In this document: positions 6,181 through 15,658 of the stretch, one piece after another | Numbering within the stretch: position 1 is the stretch's first letter | How the letters are laid out: every line of letters starts with the position of its first letter | IMG/VR virus record: IMGVR_UViG_2974736276_000001 | Span: 64,001 to 128,000 of that record | Strand: one strand, 5' to 3' | Source: a virus | Taxonomy: Duplodnaviria > Caudoviricetes | DNA length: 64,000 bases | Translations under genes and position numbers: made by a program | Notes under the pieces: generated by a model | What the model was told of the DNA's origin: nothing | The model's input: only the letters and a program-made list of their open reading frames with translations | Database searches by the model: none

Positions 6181-6245
6181 TGGCGGGCACTTTCCGCACT
6201 CCATCACGCGTTGGAAGCCAAGGAGTGTTATCGGCTAAGTAACCC
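6181..6245 (-). ncRNA. small CCA-terminated RNA with H-type pseudoknot
   Basis: GGGTTACTT/AAGTGCCC-GCCA enclosing AGCCGA/TTGGCT and CACTCC/GGAGTG. Confidence 0.55.
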
Positions 6246-6251
6246 ATTGTC

Positions 6252-6342
6252 TGGCGGAAGAAGAGAGATTTGAACTCTCAAGGCATTTAAAATACTCAGC
6301 TCGTTTCCAACGAGTTTTCGTCACCAATCGATTTGTTCTTCC
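6252..6342 (-). tRNA. trnS: tRNA-Ser(GGA)
   Basis: CTCG-TTGGAAA-CGAG, long variable arm, GCCA; weak D arm. Confidence 0.85.
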
Positions 6343-6347
6343 AAATT

Positions 6348-6437
6348 TGGAGGAAGCGATGGGATTCGAACCCATGGACCCGTTTTCACGGGCCTCTTCC
6401 TTAGCAGGGAAGTGCAATTCCACTCTGCCACGCTTCC
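6348..6437 (-). tRNA. trnS: tRNA-Ser(GCT)
   Basis: CTTCC-CTGCTAA-GGAAG, long variable arm, CCA. Confidence 0.95.
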
Positions 6438-6441
6438 TAAT

Positions 6442-6517
6442 TGGGGTGACCGACCGGGTACGATCCGGCAACATCCGCAATCACAGTGCGGGGTTCTACC
6501 AATTGAACTACGGCCAC
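6442..6517 (-). tRNA. trnH: tRNA-His(GTG)
   Basis: CCGCA-CTGTGAT-TGCGG, C73-CCA. Confidence 0.92.
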
Positions 6518-6627
6518 ATCAATACTCACTCCACCAATCATGATGGCTTTAGGCAAATATTTCAGAGTAACCCGCGGTGGTTAACTTGTATCAAACCGAA
6601 ATATCGTATCAAGTAAGTATTGATGTG
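6515..6627. repeat. 12-bp inverted repeat enclosing a non-coding segment
   Basis: CACATCAATACT ... AGTATTGATGTG. Confidence 0.6.
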
Positions 6628-6751
6628 ACAATAAGCATCCGTGCTCAATAGCCAAGAGTAAAATCGGGCATCATCCAGAACTTCATGTTCGTCGTGACGG
6701 CTTGTGAAACCTAATCACCAAAGGTGCTCTCACATAGGTTTTGTTCGTATA

Positions 6752-6838
6752 GGTGATTAAAGATGGGGTCGAACCATCAACTCGTACGCTGCTCTTCCTG
6801 GCAGTGTGGTTGCTCCGCATGCACCATATTAAGTACGC
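6752..6838 (-). ncRNA. degenerate tRNA-like element
   Basis: perfect T arm GATGG-TTCGACC-CCATC, remainder non-canonical. Confidence 0.4.
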
Positions 6839-6848
6839 ATTTAATCAT

Positions 6849-6923
6849 TGGCTGGGGTACCTGGATTCGAACCAGAGATGCCGATATCAAAGACCGGTGC
6901 CGTAACCACTTGGCTATACCCCA
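6849..6923 (-). tRNA. trnQ: tRNA-Gln(TTG)
   Basis: TGGGGTA acceptor, CCGGT-CTTTGAT-ATCGG, GCCA. Confidence 0.95.
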
Positions 6924-6952
6924 ATTAAGACCGGATTCACCCGGTCAAGTAA

Positions 6953-7123
6953 TTATACTACAGTTGTTGCCCTACGTCCTGTGAATAGAGATACCAGGAA
7001 GATGATAATACCGACAACGAATACTAACTTAGCTGCCATTGCTGCTGTACCTGCCAATGCACCAAAACCAAGTGCTGCAGCGACCAGAGCGACAATTAGA
7101 AAAATAATACCGTAATGTAACAT
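6953..7123 (-). CDS. ytjA: UPF0391/DUF1328 small membrane protein (YtjA-like), 56 aa, absent from ORF track
   Basis: [51 protein letters not shown]; GAGG RBS. Confidence 0.9.
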   Translation of the reverse strand: MLHYGIIFLIVALVAAALGFGALAGTAAMAAKLVFVVGIIIFLVSLFTGRRATTVV

Positions 7124-7139
7124 ACTTACCTCACTTATT

Positions 7140-7282
7140 TAGTCCGGACGAGTGGAATCGAACCACCCTATCAACAAGTTAGCGCTTCCTGATATTTTAA
7201 GAAACCCAAGATACTAATCTGTCTTTGGAGAGATCGCTAAATCTCTTAGTCCATCGCGAGGTTTTCTCTTTGTTTCGACCAG
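7140..7282 (-). ncRNA. T4 band C (rnaC/species 1)-like tRNA-like stable RNA
   Basis: about 143 nt; CTGGTCG/CGTCCGG acceptor-like stem, 3' T arm GGTGG-TTCGATT-CCACT; AAAATAT..AGCG..AACT resembles recalled T4 rnaC. Confidence 0.65.
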
Positions 7283-7323
7283 TTTGATTGATTGGTAAGT
7301 TTATTTATATTACAATATTTTAC

Positions 7324-7602
7324 TCAAAGCATTCTGAACAATTCACCTGATTTCCAGGCTTCAACAAATGCACCAGAGACTTTACGAATCTCTGAAGATT
7401 TAGGGCGAATATGTGTTCCCCAATTATAACTACCACAACTAGACACATGTTCTTTAATGGTAATCATACCTTTATAAAAATCTTTAATCTCAATAAAGAC
7501 AATCGGAGGACGAGATTCTTTAGAATTCGCCTTGTCGGTAATCATTATAATATCACCGACTTCTAGCACATTACCATACATATCAACAATTTGCTTTGAC
7601 AT
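7324..7602 (-). CDS. Trna.2-like protein
   Basis: DMYGNVLEVGD motif, syntenic with T4 trna.2. Confidence 0.7.
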   Translation of the reverse strand: MSKQIVDMYGNVLEVGDIIMITDKANSKESRPPIVFIEIKDFYKGMITIKEHVSSCGSYNWGTHIRPKSSEIRKVSGAFVEAWKSGELFRML

Positions 7603-7987
7603 TTTTCAGCACCTCTAGAATAAAAGTACGTTGCTCATAACGATTAACAGATGGCAACATGTATACTTCTTGGTCTTCATTAATAAATGTTGGAGCAGGA
7701 ACCCATCCAAAGAATGGGAGAGCTAACATTGCTGCATGCACTTCATCATATTCTTTTTGAATCGCTGCAAGAATACCTTTGCGAGTCATGAACATTACAT
7801 CGTTCAGCTTAGTGCTATTGCGATTCTTAACGACTTTATAAAAACCATGTTCATTTTTATAAAATACGACAGCAGCGCTGAGCAATGCTTCCATATTTAC
7901 TTCAAGGCGATTATTAGTAAAAAAGATTTTGCCTTCAATGATAAAGTAAATTTCGTTGTTATGCATAAAGTCTTTCATCATATTCAT
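7583..7987 (-). CDS. Trna.3-like protein
   Basis: YFIIEGKIFFT..LPFFG..P.F..EVYML resembles T4 Trna.3. Confidence 0.65.
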   Translation of the reverse strand: MNMMKDFMHNNEIYFIIEGKIFFTNNRLEVNMEALLSAAVVFYKNEHGFYKVVKNRNSTKLNDVMFMTRKGILAAIQKEYDEVHAAMLALPFFGWVPAPTFINEDQEVYMLPSVNRYEQRTFILEVLKNVKANC

Positions 7988-8172
7988 TTCAAACTCTCTA
8001 CTGAACCATAATCTTCGATGCAATAACCATTATTGAATGAAACAATCTGATAAGTTTCATCCATAGTTTCAACAGCGGCTTCACGGGCAGCTTCAATTGA
8101 TTCAAAATCACCCTTACAATCGTTCATACCGCCTTGTGGATAGTATTGACTGAAGGTAAAAAGATAGTACAT
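7984..8172 (-). CDS. hypothetical phage protein
   Basis: YLF..YYPQGGMNDCKGDFESIE motif; coupled ORF. Confidence 0.7.
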   Translation of the reverse strand: MYYLFTFSQYYPQGGMNDCKGDFESIEAAREAAVETMDETYQIVSFNNGYCIEDYGSVESLK

Positions 8173-8327
8173 TAGACTGTCTCCATTGCTTTGGAATATT
8201 CATGGCGACCTTCATAAAACCCCAGGTCATATTCATCTTGGTCAATTTCATCTTCAAAAGATTGATGTTCGTTCAAGCGAAAACCATCTTGAAATCCAAT
8301 GAACCAAGGTGTTTGTTGCATTGTCAT
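8172..8327 (-). CDS. small acidic early protein (51 aa, absent from track)
   Basis: GGAG RBS; MTMQQTPWFIGFQDG..EYDLGFYEG; TAATG coupling. Confidence 0.7.
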   Translation of the reverse strand: MTMQQTPWFIGFQDGFRLNEHQSFEDEIDQDEYDLGFYEGRHEYSKAMETV

Positions 8328-8356
8328 TTTATTCTCCAGTTGTTTAACTTGTAGCT

Positions 8357-8386
8357 ATAGTATACTGGTTGATGTGTAATGTAAAC
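8357..8386 (-). promoter_or_regulatory. T4-type early promoter
   Basis: GTTTACA-17nt-TACTAT. Confidence 0.75.
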
Positions 8387-8396
8387 AGCTAAAACG

Positions 8397-8421
8397 AAAA
8401 AAGAGAACCCGAAGGTTCTCT
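8397..8421 (-). terminator. intrinsic terminator after 57B
   Basis: AGAGAACC-TTCG-GGTTCTCT-TTTTT. Confidence 0.85.
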
Positions 8422-8422
8422 A

Positions 8423-9109
<687 letters not shown>

Positions 9110-9113
<4 letters not shown>

Positions 9114-9817
9114 AGTGATTCCAAAGTTTGATTAATTTTTTCTTTAAATTCATCTAATGTACTATCGTTAGTAATAACAATATCATTAGGGCCGATAGGA
9201 AGTCCGACTTCCGTAATGTGAAAATCTTTTTGAACGCCAGTGTCTTTGCGAACTACATGAATAACTGTAGCACCCATCGCTCGAGCAAAAGCTAATTCAT
9301 GGTTTTGACGAGTATCAGGAACAATGAAAATTTCTTTTTCAGAGTTGAACTGATCTGCGTACTCTAATGCAAATAATTTAACCCAAAACATGCGATCGAA
9401 ACAATTGACAACCAGATCAGTCCCAAGGGTCTGCATAAGACGTCTAATTGACCATGCTTCAGTATTATTTAATACTAGATCGTCGATCACTGTTGGACGA
9501 GTACTTTCTGGCCAACGAAGACCATACTGACGACTAAGATAACTAAGAGAGTCACGCATGATTTGTGCTACTTGAATATTACTCAAAGGCAATAACTTTT
9601 CGCGGTCAATTCCTTGACCATCCCAGTCTTCGGGAGTTAATTCAAATGGAAGGCCTAAATCCTGCTGGCGATAATCAATGCCATTCCAACCATGTTCTAA
9701 TGCCTTTTTAATCGGTGTAGCTAACTTATAATCTACAGTTGAATATGTGTCATTGATGAATTTCACGGCTGTATCTTTGCCAGAACGTTTCTTTCCGACA
9801 ATAAAGATTAATTTCAT
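9110..9817 (-). CDS. 1: dNMP kinase gp1
   Basis: GKKRSGKDT P-loop, RRLMQTLGTD, DTRQ.HE. Confidence 0.95.
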
Positions 9818-9819
9818 TT

Positions 9820-10407
9820 TTACCTCATCGATGGATGTACAGAAACACCTGCTGTTACCTTGGCGTCTCCTGCTTGGTCTATACTTTGTCTACCTGTGAT
9901 AATTATACCATCTTTTTCTACTTCGAAGTATTTGAAAGGCATGATTGCTGTACACGTCATAGCGATATCAGTGTCTTCGATTAAAGAGAATTCTATCTCA
10001 GAAAGATCGCTGCACCAAGCTCCGTAATAATGAACACTCATCACAATGTTGGTCTTGTCGTTATCCAGAACATGGAAAGTCACTACTGGTTTCATTTTAT
10101 CTGTATGCCAGCCTGAGCGATCACGATCAACGTAGTTATTTATTGAAAGCATCCACTTATACATGTCAAGCCATGCTTCTAGATTTTCATCTACAAGGAA
10201 TCTTACTGTCAATGGTTCAAACTCGGTTGTACTACCAGGAAGCATAGAACGATGCATACCTTGGGTAGAACCAGGAACATCACTGACCGGAACTCGAATA
10301 GAAGCAATAGGAGATGACTGTATGTTCAGCTTAAAAGCATTTGTCAGTCCAGCATCATTCACTTCCATTACAAAGTTCGTGGTATTGGTTTGGTTAAATG
10401 TTGACAT
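9820..10407 (-). CDS. 3: tail tube terminator gp3
   Basis: NQTNTTNF..FLVDENLEAW. Confidence 0.93.
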   Translation of the reverse strand: MSTFNQTNTTNFVMEVNDAGLTNAFKLNIQSSPIASIRVPVSDVPGSTQGMHRSMLPGSTTEFEPLTVRFLVDENLEAWLDMYKWMLSINNYVDRDRSGWHTDKMKPVVTFHVLDNDKTNIVMSVHYYGAWCSDLSEIEFSLIEDTDIAMTCTAIMPFKYFEVEKDGIIITGRQSIDQAGDAKVTAGVSVHPSMR

Positions 10408-10435
10408 TTATTATTTTACCCGTGGATAATCTCTA

Positions 10436-10532
10436 TATAAGAATAAAGTAATAAAAATCTGGAGACGTTCGTCTCCAGAATATTGTTTATTACATAATGA
10501 TTATAGTATTCTTTATAAGAATAAAGTAATAA
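10436..10532. repeat. 19-bp direct repeat flanking a perfect hairpin
   Basis: TATAAGAATAAAGTAATAA at 10436 and 10514; TCTGGAGACG-TT-CGTCTCCAGA at 10458-10479. Confidence 0.8.
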
Positions 10533-11207
10533 CTATGATTTTACTAGTGCTCTCAGCTGAGCTCTTCCCAAGAATGGGTATAATTCCAGTATAGGATTTA
10601 CCCAGTACCTAGGATGTTGTTTAGATTTCAATTCAATGAGAAAACTCTTAACCTCTTCCATAGAACTAAGACCGAAATTTTTGCATATATTTTCTCGCTC
10701 TTTATTCCACCGCCTTTCTAAAAGGTCTTTCTGAACGTTTTTATTCTTAAATACGCTATTTTTAATACGATTAGAATTATGCTTTGTTCCCTTTGTGGGA
10801 CTAAAGTGCCTTCCTCTTTTAAATCCATCAGGAACGTTTTCATGTGGGAATAACTTTATTGACCTTGTACCATCATTCCAGTAAATTTTTCCTGTTTGAT
10901 TTTTTGATATGTTTTCAGAATGCTTTTTTCTTAACCAAGCATACTGTTTATTATTAGAACGCTGCATATTTTTATTCCCTTGACACATAGAGAGCGCAGA
11001 GAAAGATAATCCGCTATGTCCGGGATGAATTTTTACTAGCAACTGGTGCGCTATAAAATGCTCTTCGGCGGTAAGATTAACTATGTTATCCGGATCGTCT
11101 GTCCCGCCTAAGCATTTTGGAACAATATGATGTCTTTCTTTATAATCGGTTAACACTCGGGCCTTAGCCCGAGTTATTAATTTTTCATAATGATTTTTAT
11201 AATTCAT
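10533..11207 (-). CDS. HNH homing endonuclease (Mob-like)
   Basis: [31 protein letters not shown]; ATGA overlap with gene 2. Confidence 0.9.
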   Translation of the reverse strand: MNYKNHYEKLITRAKARVLTDYKERHHIVPKCLGGTDDPDNIVNLTAEEHFIAHQLLVKIHPGHSGLSFSALSMCQGNKNMQRSNNKQYAWLRKKHSENISKNQTGKIYWNDGTRSIKLFPHENVPDGFKRGRHFSPTKGTKHNSNRIKNSVFKNKNVQKDLLERRWNKERENICKNFGLSSMEEVKSFLIELKSKQHPRYWVNPILELYPFLGRAQLRALVKS

Positions 11208-12037
11208 ACATCTCGCCAAACTTTATTCGCAGAATAACGCTTACCTTGACTCTGGAAGCTCTGCAGAGGTAACATCACGACATTAGCCCAATCAGCTGGT
11301 TTGATTTCGACTAGTTGTCCTTTAATGTTCTGTGGCAGATAAGCTTTTATCATCTTATCTGCACCTTTAAATCCTTTCACTTTTGACCAATCAATCTTTA
11401 ACTTCGTGCTATTCGTGATTGTTGGAGTAGATGCATATTGTTTCAGTAGTTCTTCTAAGAACTGTTGGCGAGCCTTCGGTGGAATGTAGTGCAAGTTCAG
11501 CCCATACATTAATGTAGATGAACCTTGCTTTCCTAGACCGAGGTATATAATCAAAGGGAATTTATCCCAGTATGGCAAAGTATCTTTGTGCTTAGCATCA
11601 TACATATATGCATACAATTTACCAGGTTGCGGCTTGGTTACTTTATGACCTCTGATATTTTTACTTAGAGTATCAGCGAACCATTTAGCAGATTTGTTAT
11701 TGACAGCAGCACCTTCATTCTTTATCTTATCTCTGATAGAACTTCTGAAGCTGTTAATTAGAATGAGTTGTCTTTCTGCTTTCGTTAACTTATTTCCGGG
11801 TGTTTTCTCGAGCTTTTCTATCTTGATTGCAGTCTTTATTGCAGAAGAATAACGAGACATTGCCTTGGTGAAAGAAGCGTAATTTATTCCTTTCTTATCT
11901 GCGAATTCTTTAGATGAAACACCCTTCAATTTAGCATGATGAAACTCTACACCAATCTGAACCCATTGAGTTTCGTTTTTCGATGGTGCTCTTGCTCTCG
12001 GTGTCGAGGCTTCATTGATGATCTCAAAAATAGCCAT
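11204..12037 (-). CDS. 2: DNA end protector gp2
   Basis: [29 protein letters not shown]. Confidence 0.95.
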   Translation of the reverse strand: MAIFEIINEASTPRARAPSKNETQWVQIGVEFHHAKLKGVSSKEFADKKGINYASFTKAMSRYSSAIKTAIKIEKLEKTPGNKLTKAERQLILINSFRSSIRDKIKNEGAAVNNKSAKWFADTLSKNIRGHKVTKPQPGKLYAYMYDAKHKDTLPYWDKFPLIIYLGLGKQGSSTLMYGLNLHYIPPKARQQFLEELLKQYASTPTITNSTKLKIDWSKVKGFKGADKMIKAYLPQNIKGQLVEIKPADWANVVMLPLQSFQSQGKRYSANKVWRDV

Positions 12038-12486
12038 CAGCCTTTCCATCCTATTTTCTTAAGTGATTTTTCTGTCAGCAATCTAAATTTTATATTGTGT
12101 TTGTCTGCTTGTACCTGCGCAGCTTTCCATTTATCTTGGTTTACACTCCAAGTATAGACTTCATCAATATATCTTTTCTTTGCGCTGGTTGTTAATTTAG
12201 AAGGCGGGACAGGTGGTTGTGTTTCTTTGAAAGGTTTAACCTCAAAGAAGAATTCCTGACCGTCATCAAACTTTGCCCAGAAATCCATGAAATATCTTCT
12301 CTTCTTACCGTCAGCATTGCTGAAATAAGGAATGATAGTTTCTTCGCTATTCCATTTGACTACGTTAGGATGATTATCTAACCATCTCATAACGTATTGT
12401 TCCCAAGAAGAACGGTAGGTGATTTTTCTGAAGTCACCTTTATATTTCTGTAAATTCTGGGGCATAAATCTCCCGCTATAAGCCAT
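12037..12486 (-). CDS. 4: head completion nuclease gp4
   Basis: [18 protein letters not shown]. Confidence 0.95.
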   Translation of the reverse strand: MAYSGRFMPQNLQKYKGDFRKITYRSSWEQYVMRWLDNHPNVVKWNSEETIIPYFSNADGKKRRYFMDFWAKFDDGQEFFFEVKPFKETQPPVPPSKLTTSAKKRYIDEVYTWSVNQDKWKAAQVQADKHNIKFRLLTEKSLKKIGWKG

Positions 12487-12500
12487 GAGAGTTCCCCTTT

Positions 12501-12531
12501 TATAAATATACTAAAACCTATCATATTTATA
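12501..12531. promoter_or_regulatory. pair of opposed late promoters for genes 53 (+) and 4 (-)
   Basis: TATAAATA at 12501 (+) and 12524-12531 (-). Confidence 0.85.
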
Positions 12532-12542
12532 GGAGATAAATT

Positions 12543-13118
12543 TTGATCTTTTCATTTTTCGACCCAATTCAATATTCAGCCAAGACTGTTAGCGCATCAG
12601 CTCCTACATTAACGCTTACTGACATCTTTAGAAATTATAGAGCATACTTTAACCGAGTAGTAGTTAACTATCGTCTTAAAACGTATTACATCAGCGGCGC
12701 ACCTCGTCCTGAAGATTTATCATATCAGCTTTACGGAAACACTCAGTACTACTGGTTGCTTTTGATGGCTAATAACATTTACGATCCATATCATGGGTGG
12801 ATTCAGTCTCAGGAAGCTTCTTATCAAGGCGCTATCCAAAGATATTCTCAAGTCGGTGGAGAGCAAGTTCTATATCATATTAATGCCGAAGGAGAAAAAT
12901 ACTGGAACTTAGTAGAGTATCCAGAAAATTCTAATTTATGGTATGACAAAGGTGATGTAGATCATGAGTATCTTCAATACAATGGTGCATTAGCTCCTAT
13001 TGATACTTATGAAGATGCTATTCGTCGTAACGAAGCTAAACGTTCAATTAAAATAGTCGATCCGAGTGACGTAGAATCATTCATTTCTGCTCTTATCAAA
13101 GAGATGGAGAAAGAATAA
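12543..13118 (+). CDS. 53: baseplate wedge gp53
   Basis: FSFFDPIQY..PRPEDLSYQLYGN. Confidence 0.93.
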   Translation: MIFSFFDPIQYSAKTVSASAPTLTLTDIFRNYRAYFNRVVVNYRLKTYYISGAPRPEDLSYQLYGNTQYYWLLLMANNIYDPYHGWIQSQEASYQGAIQRYSQVGGEQVLYHINAEGEKYWNLVEYPENSNLWYDKGDVDHEYLQYNGALAPIDTYEDAIRRNEAKRSIKIVDPSDVESFISALIKEMEKE

Positions 13119-14869
13119 TGTTTTTAATGAGAAACAACATCGAGTATTTCATCGGTGTAGTAGAAGATCGCATGGACCCTTTAAAGCAGGGTCGTGTACG
13201 TGTACGCGTATTTGGCGATCATCCACCTATGAAAGCACAAGGTGCAGTCAATGGTATTCCCACATCTGATTTAGGCTGGATGAGTATTGTACAATCTACT
13301 AACTCTGCCGCGATGTCAGGTATCGGTGGTGCAGTGACTGGAATGGTAGAAGGAACAAAGGTTTACGGCCACTGGCTTGACAAGTATCACACGAATGGAA
13401 TCATCATTGGAAGTATAGGTAGTCAGCACCTGAGTAAACCTAATAACACTCTAGGCTTCTCTGATCCTACAGGTCAGTATCCACTTTACCTCGGTAACGA
13501 CACCAACCCGTTAAACGAGGGAGGCACGGTGGGTGATGGTTATACTACTAACATTATCCAAGACTCAAACCTCGACACGGGTATTAACCCTGATGATACA
13601 GATCTTTCTGATATTCCCGAAGATCCAGATCCAGATTACACGATTGAAGCTATGCTTCGTCGTGATGAAGGTCTACGAGTTAAAGTGTATTGGGACACCG
13701 AAGGTTATCCTACTATCGGTATCGGTCACTTAATTACATCTACTCAAACAAGAGATATGGCAGCAATTAACGCTGAACTATCGAAACAAGTCGGTCGTAC
13801 TGTAACTGGTAATCCAGGAACAATCTCAGTAGAAGAAGCATCAGCGTTATTCAAGAAAGATGTTGAAAAAATGCTTGCTGATATTGTTCGTAATGCTACT
13901 GTCGGACCAGTTTGGGCTAAGATGAATGGTTCACGCAAATTAGCATTAGAAAATATGTGTTTCCAGATGGGTGTAGGTGGTGTAGCTAAATTCCAAAGAA
14001 TGCTTGCTGCAATGTTTATCGGTGACTGGAAATCTGCTTATAAAGAAGCACGCAGTTCAGTGTGGTATTCTCAGACTAAAGGTCGTGCATCTCGTGTTTC
14101 AAATATTATTCTCGTCGGTAACTTAGAGTCATACGGAATTATGGCACCAGCTCGTACTGCAAAATCTGTAGGTGCAGCTGCAACAGCAATTTCAAATGAC
14201 AATCCAGAAGATCCGTATACTCCTACAGATTCTCGTATTCTGTTTAAAGAACCTGAGTCGAGCTATAAAGGCGAATATCCTTATGTTCAGACTATGCATA
14301 CTGAAGGTGGTCATGTACAGGAATTCGATAACACACCAGGATATGAACGCTACAGACTTTATCATCCGACTGGATCATATGTTGAAGTAGCACCAGATGG
14401 TCGCAGAACAACCAAATCAGTTGCTGATGATTATTTCATGGTCCAAGGTGACGGTAACAAATATATCGCCGGCGATTCTCATACTAACGTTGGTGGTGAT
14501 GAAGTTTACTATAACATGGGTAATCTTCGTCGTCAGACTGACGGAACAGAAAACATTTTTATTAGAGGAGACGATACAAAAACTGTTGAAGGTGATGGTA
14601 CTGTCATAATTAAAGGAAATCTTAAAATTATCGTTCAAGGTGATGCATCTATCGAAGTTCAAGGTAATGCAGACGTTGACGTAAAAGGTAATTGTGACAC
14701 CACTGTTGAAGGTGATTATTCTTTGAAAGTAGGCGGAAATGTTACTTGGACTGTCGGCGGTACAGTATCGCAGAATGTCACAGGTGCATGGACTCAAACT
14801 ATGCAAACTATGTCTTCAAAAGCAAGTGGAAACTACGCTATTGACGGTTCACGTGTCGATATTGGCTAA
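13118..14869 (+). CDS. 5: baseplate hub / tail lysozyme gp5
   Basis: OB domain, DEG..DTEGYPTIGIG lysozyme, VxG beta-helix repeats. Confidence 0.97.
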   Translation: MFLMRNNIEYFIGVVEDRMDPLKQGRVRVRVFGDHPPMKAQGAVNGIPTSDLGWMSIVQSTNSAAMSGIGGAVTGMVEGTKVYGHWLDKYHTNGIIIGSIGSQHLSKPNNTLGFSDPTGQYPLYLGNDTNPLNEGGTVGDGYTTNIIQDSNLDTGINPDDTDLSDIPEDPDPDYTIEAMLRRDEGLRVKVYWDTEGYPTIGIGHLITSTQTRDMAAINAELSKQVGRTVTGNPGTISVEEASALFKKDVEKMLADIVRNATVGPVWAKMNGSRKLALENMCFQMGVGGVAKFQRMLAAMFIGDWKSAYKEARSSVWYSQTKGRASRVSNIILVGNLESYGIMAPARTAKSVGAAATAISNDNPEDPYTPTDSRILFKEPESSYKGEYPYVQTMHTEGGHVQEFDNTPGYERYRLYHPTGSYVEVAPDGRRTTKSVADDYFMVQGDGNKYIAGDSHTNVGGDEVYYNMGNLRRQTDGTENIFIRGDDTKTVEGDGTVIIKGNLKIIVQGDASIEVQGNADVDVKGNCDTTVEGDYSLKVGGNVTWTVGGTVSQNVTGAWTQTMQTMSSKASGNYAIDGSRVDIG

Positions 14870-15363
14870 TGGCAGATATCATACCCGTAAATACATCGCT
14901 CCCCCAAATTCAAGAAGGGGGAGCAGTTTCTCAATCATTTTCAGCTCAATTGGCAGCAAATGAAACTTTAGTAGATTTAAAAATTACTAAATATGAAAGC
15001 ACAGATGGTATTATAGTCGGCGATACTTCATTCTCTGGAACTTATAATAGTGTATTTTCTTTTGAAGCAGGTGCATTAAAATATCGCCAAGGTGATGAAC
15101 TTAAAACTGCTTCATCCTGGGATGAATTACCTGCTGATTCAGATCTGTATGAATGGATAGCTCCTAGAAGCCTCAAGAGGACTTTTTCATACACAGTTGT
15201 AATGACATACAATATTACAACAGAAACCTCTACAGGTGAATCTGGAGGAACATCTACTACCGTTCAAGAACAAACTATTACTAAGACTTACACCCAGCTT
15301 GTTTACGGCAATTGGAACAAGTGGGCAGACAAACTTAGAGCACACGTTTACGCTAGAGGATAA
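14869..15363 (+). CDS. 5.1: gp5.1
   Basis: synteny; [10 protein letters not shown]-terminus. Confidence 0.85.
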   Translation: MADIIPVNTSLPQIQEGGAVSQSFSAQLAANETLVDLKITKYESTDGIIVGDTSFSGTYNSVFSFEAGALKYRQGDELKTASSWDELPADSDLYEWIAPRSLKRTFSYTVVMTYNITTETSTGESGGTSTTVQEQTITKTYTQLVYGNWNKWADKLRAHVYARG

Positions 15364-15364
15364 C

Positions 15365-15658
15365 ATGGCGGGATTATCTTTTAACCAAGCCTTAACAGCA
15401 GGTCATGATGACTTTCCACCTACTGTTGTTAATTCTACTCAATCAAAAGTTTTCGTAGGTGGAATTCCAGTCTTGGTTGAAGGAGATCAAATTACTCCTC
15501 ATACTAGAATAGTTGAACCTTACGATACACATACAGGTTCAGTTCAACCAAGAACATCTAAAATTTATGTTACTGGAAAAAAGGCCGCTCAAATGGCTGA
15601 CCCTATTTCATGCGGCGATACAATTGCCCAATCTTCAAGTAAGGTGTTTATAAAATAA
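15365..15658 (+). CDS. 5.4: PAAR spike tip gp5.4
   Basis: [17 protein letters not shown]. Confidence 0.93.
   Translation: MAGLSFNQALTAGHDDFPPTVVNSTQSKVFVGGIPVLVEGDQITPHTRIVEPYDTHTGSVQPRTSKIYVTGKKAAQMADPISCGDTIAQSSSKVFIK

Noticed and set aside
6004-6245. Theta/HDV, twister or hammerhead ribozyme assignment
   Set aside because: Catalytic consensus residues could not be fitted by eye; kept only as unclassified structured RNAs
261-6923. Recurrent GGATTCGAACC-like motifs suggesting a CRISPR or repeat array
   Set aside because: They are tRNA T arms read on the opposite strand; there are no constant repeats with spacers
261-6923. Suppressor tRNA or genetic-code reassignment
   Set aside because: No CTA, TTA or TCA anticodon was found, and core genes read normally in code 11
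489-6984. Track ORFs overlapping tRNAs or antisense to real genes (e.g. 2668..2859, 4382..4648, 6235..6480, 6347..6616, 6763..6984)
   Set aside because: They overlap tRNAs or better-supported genes and show no recognisable protein features
14430-14869. Periodic VxG repeats in gp5
   Set aside because: Known triple beta-helix needle
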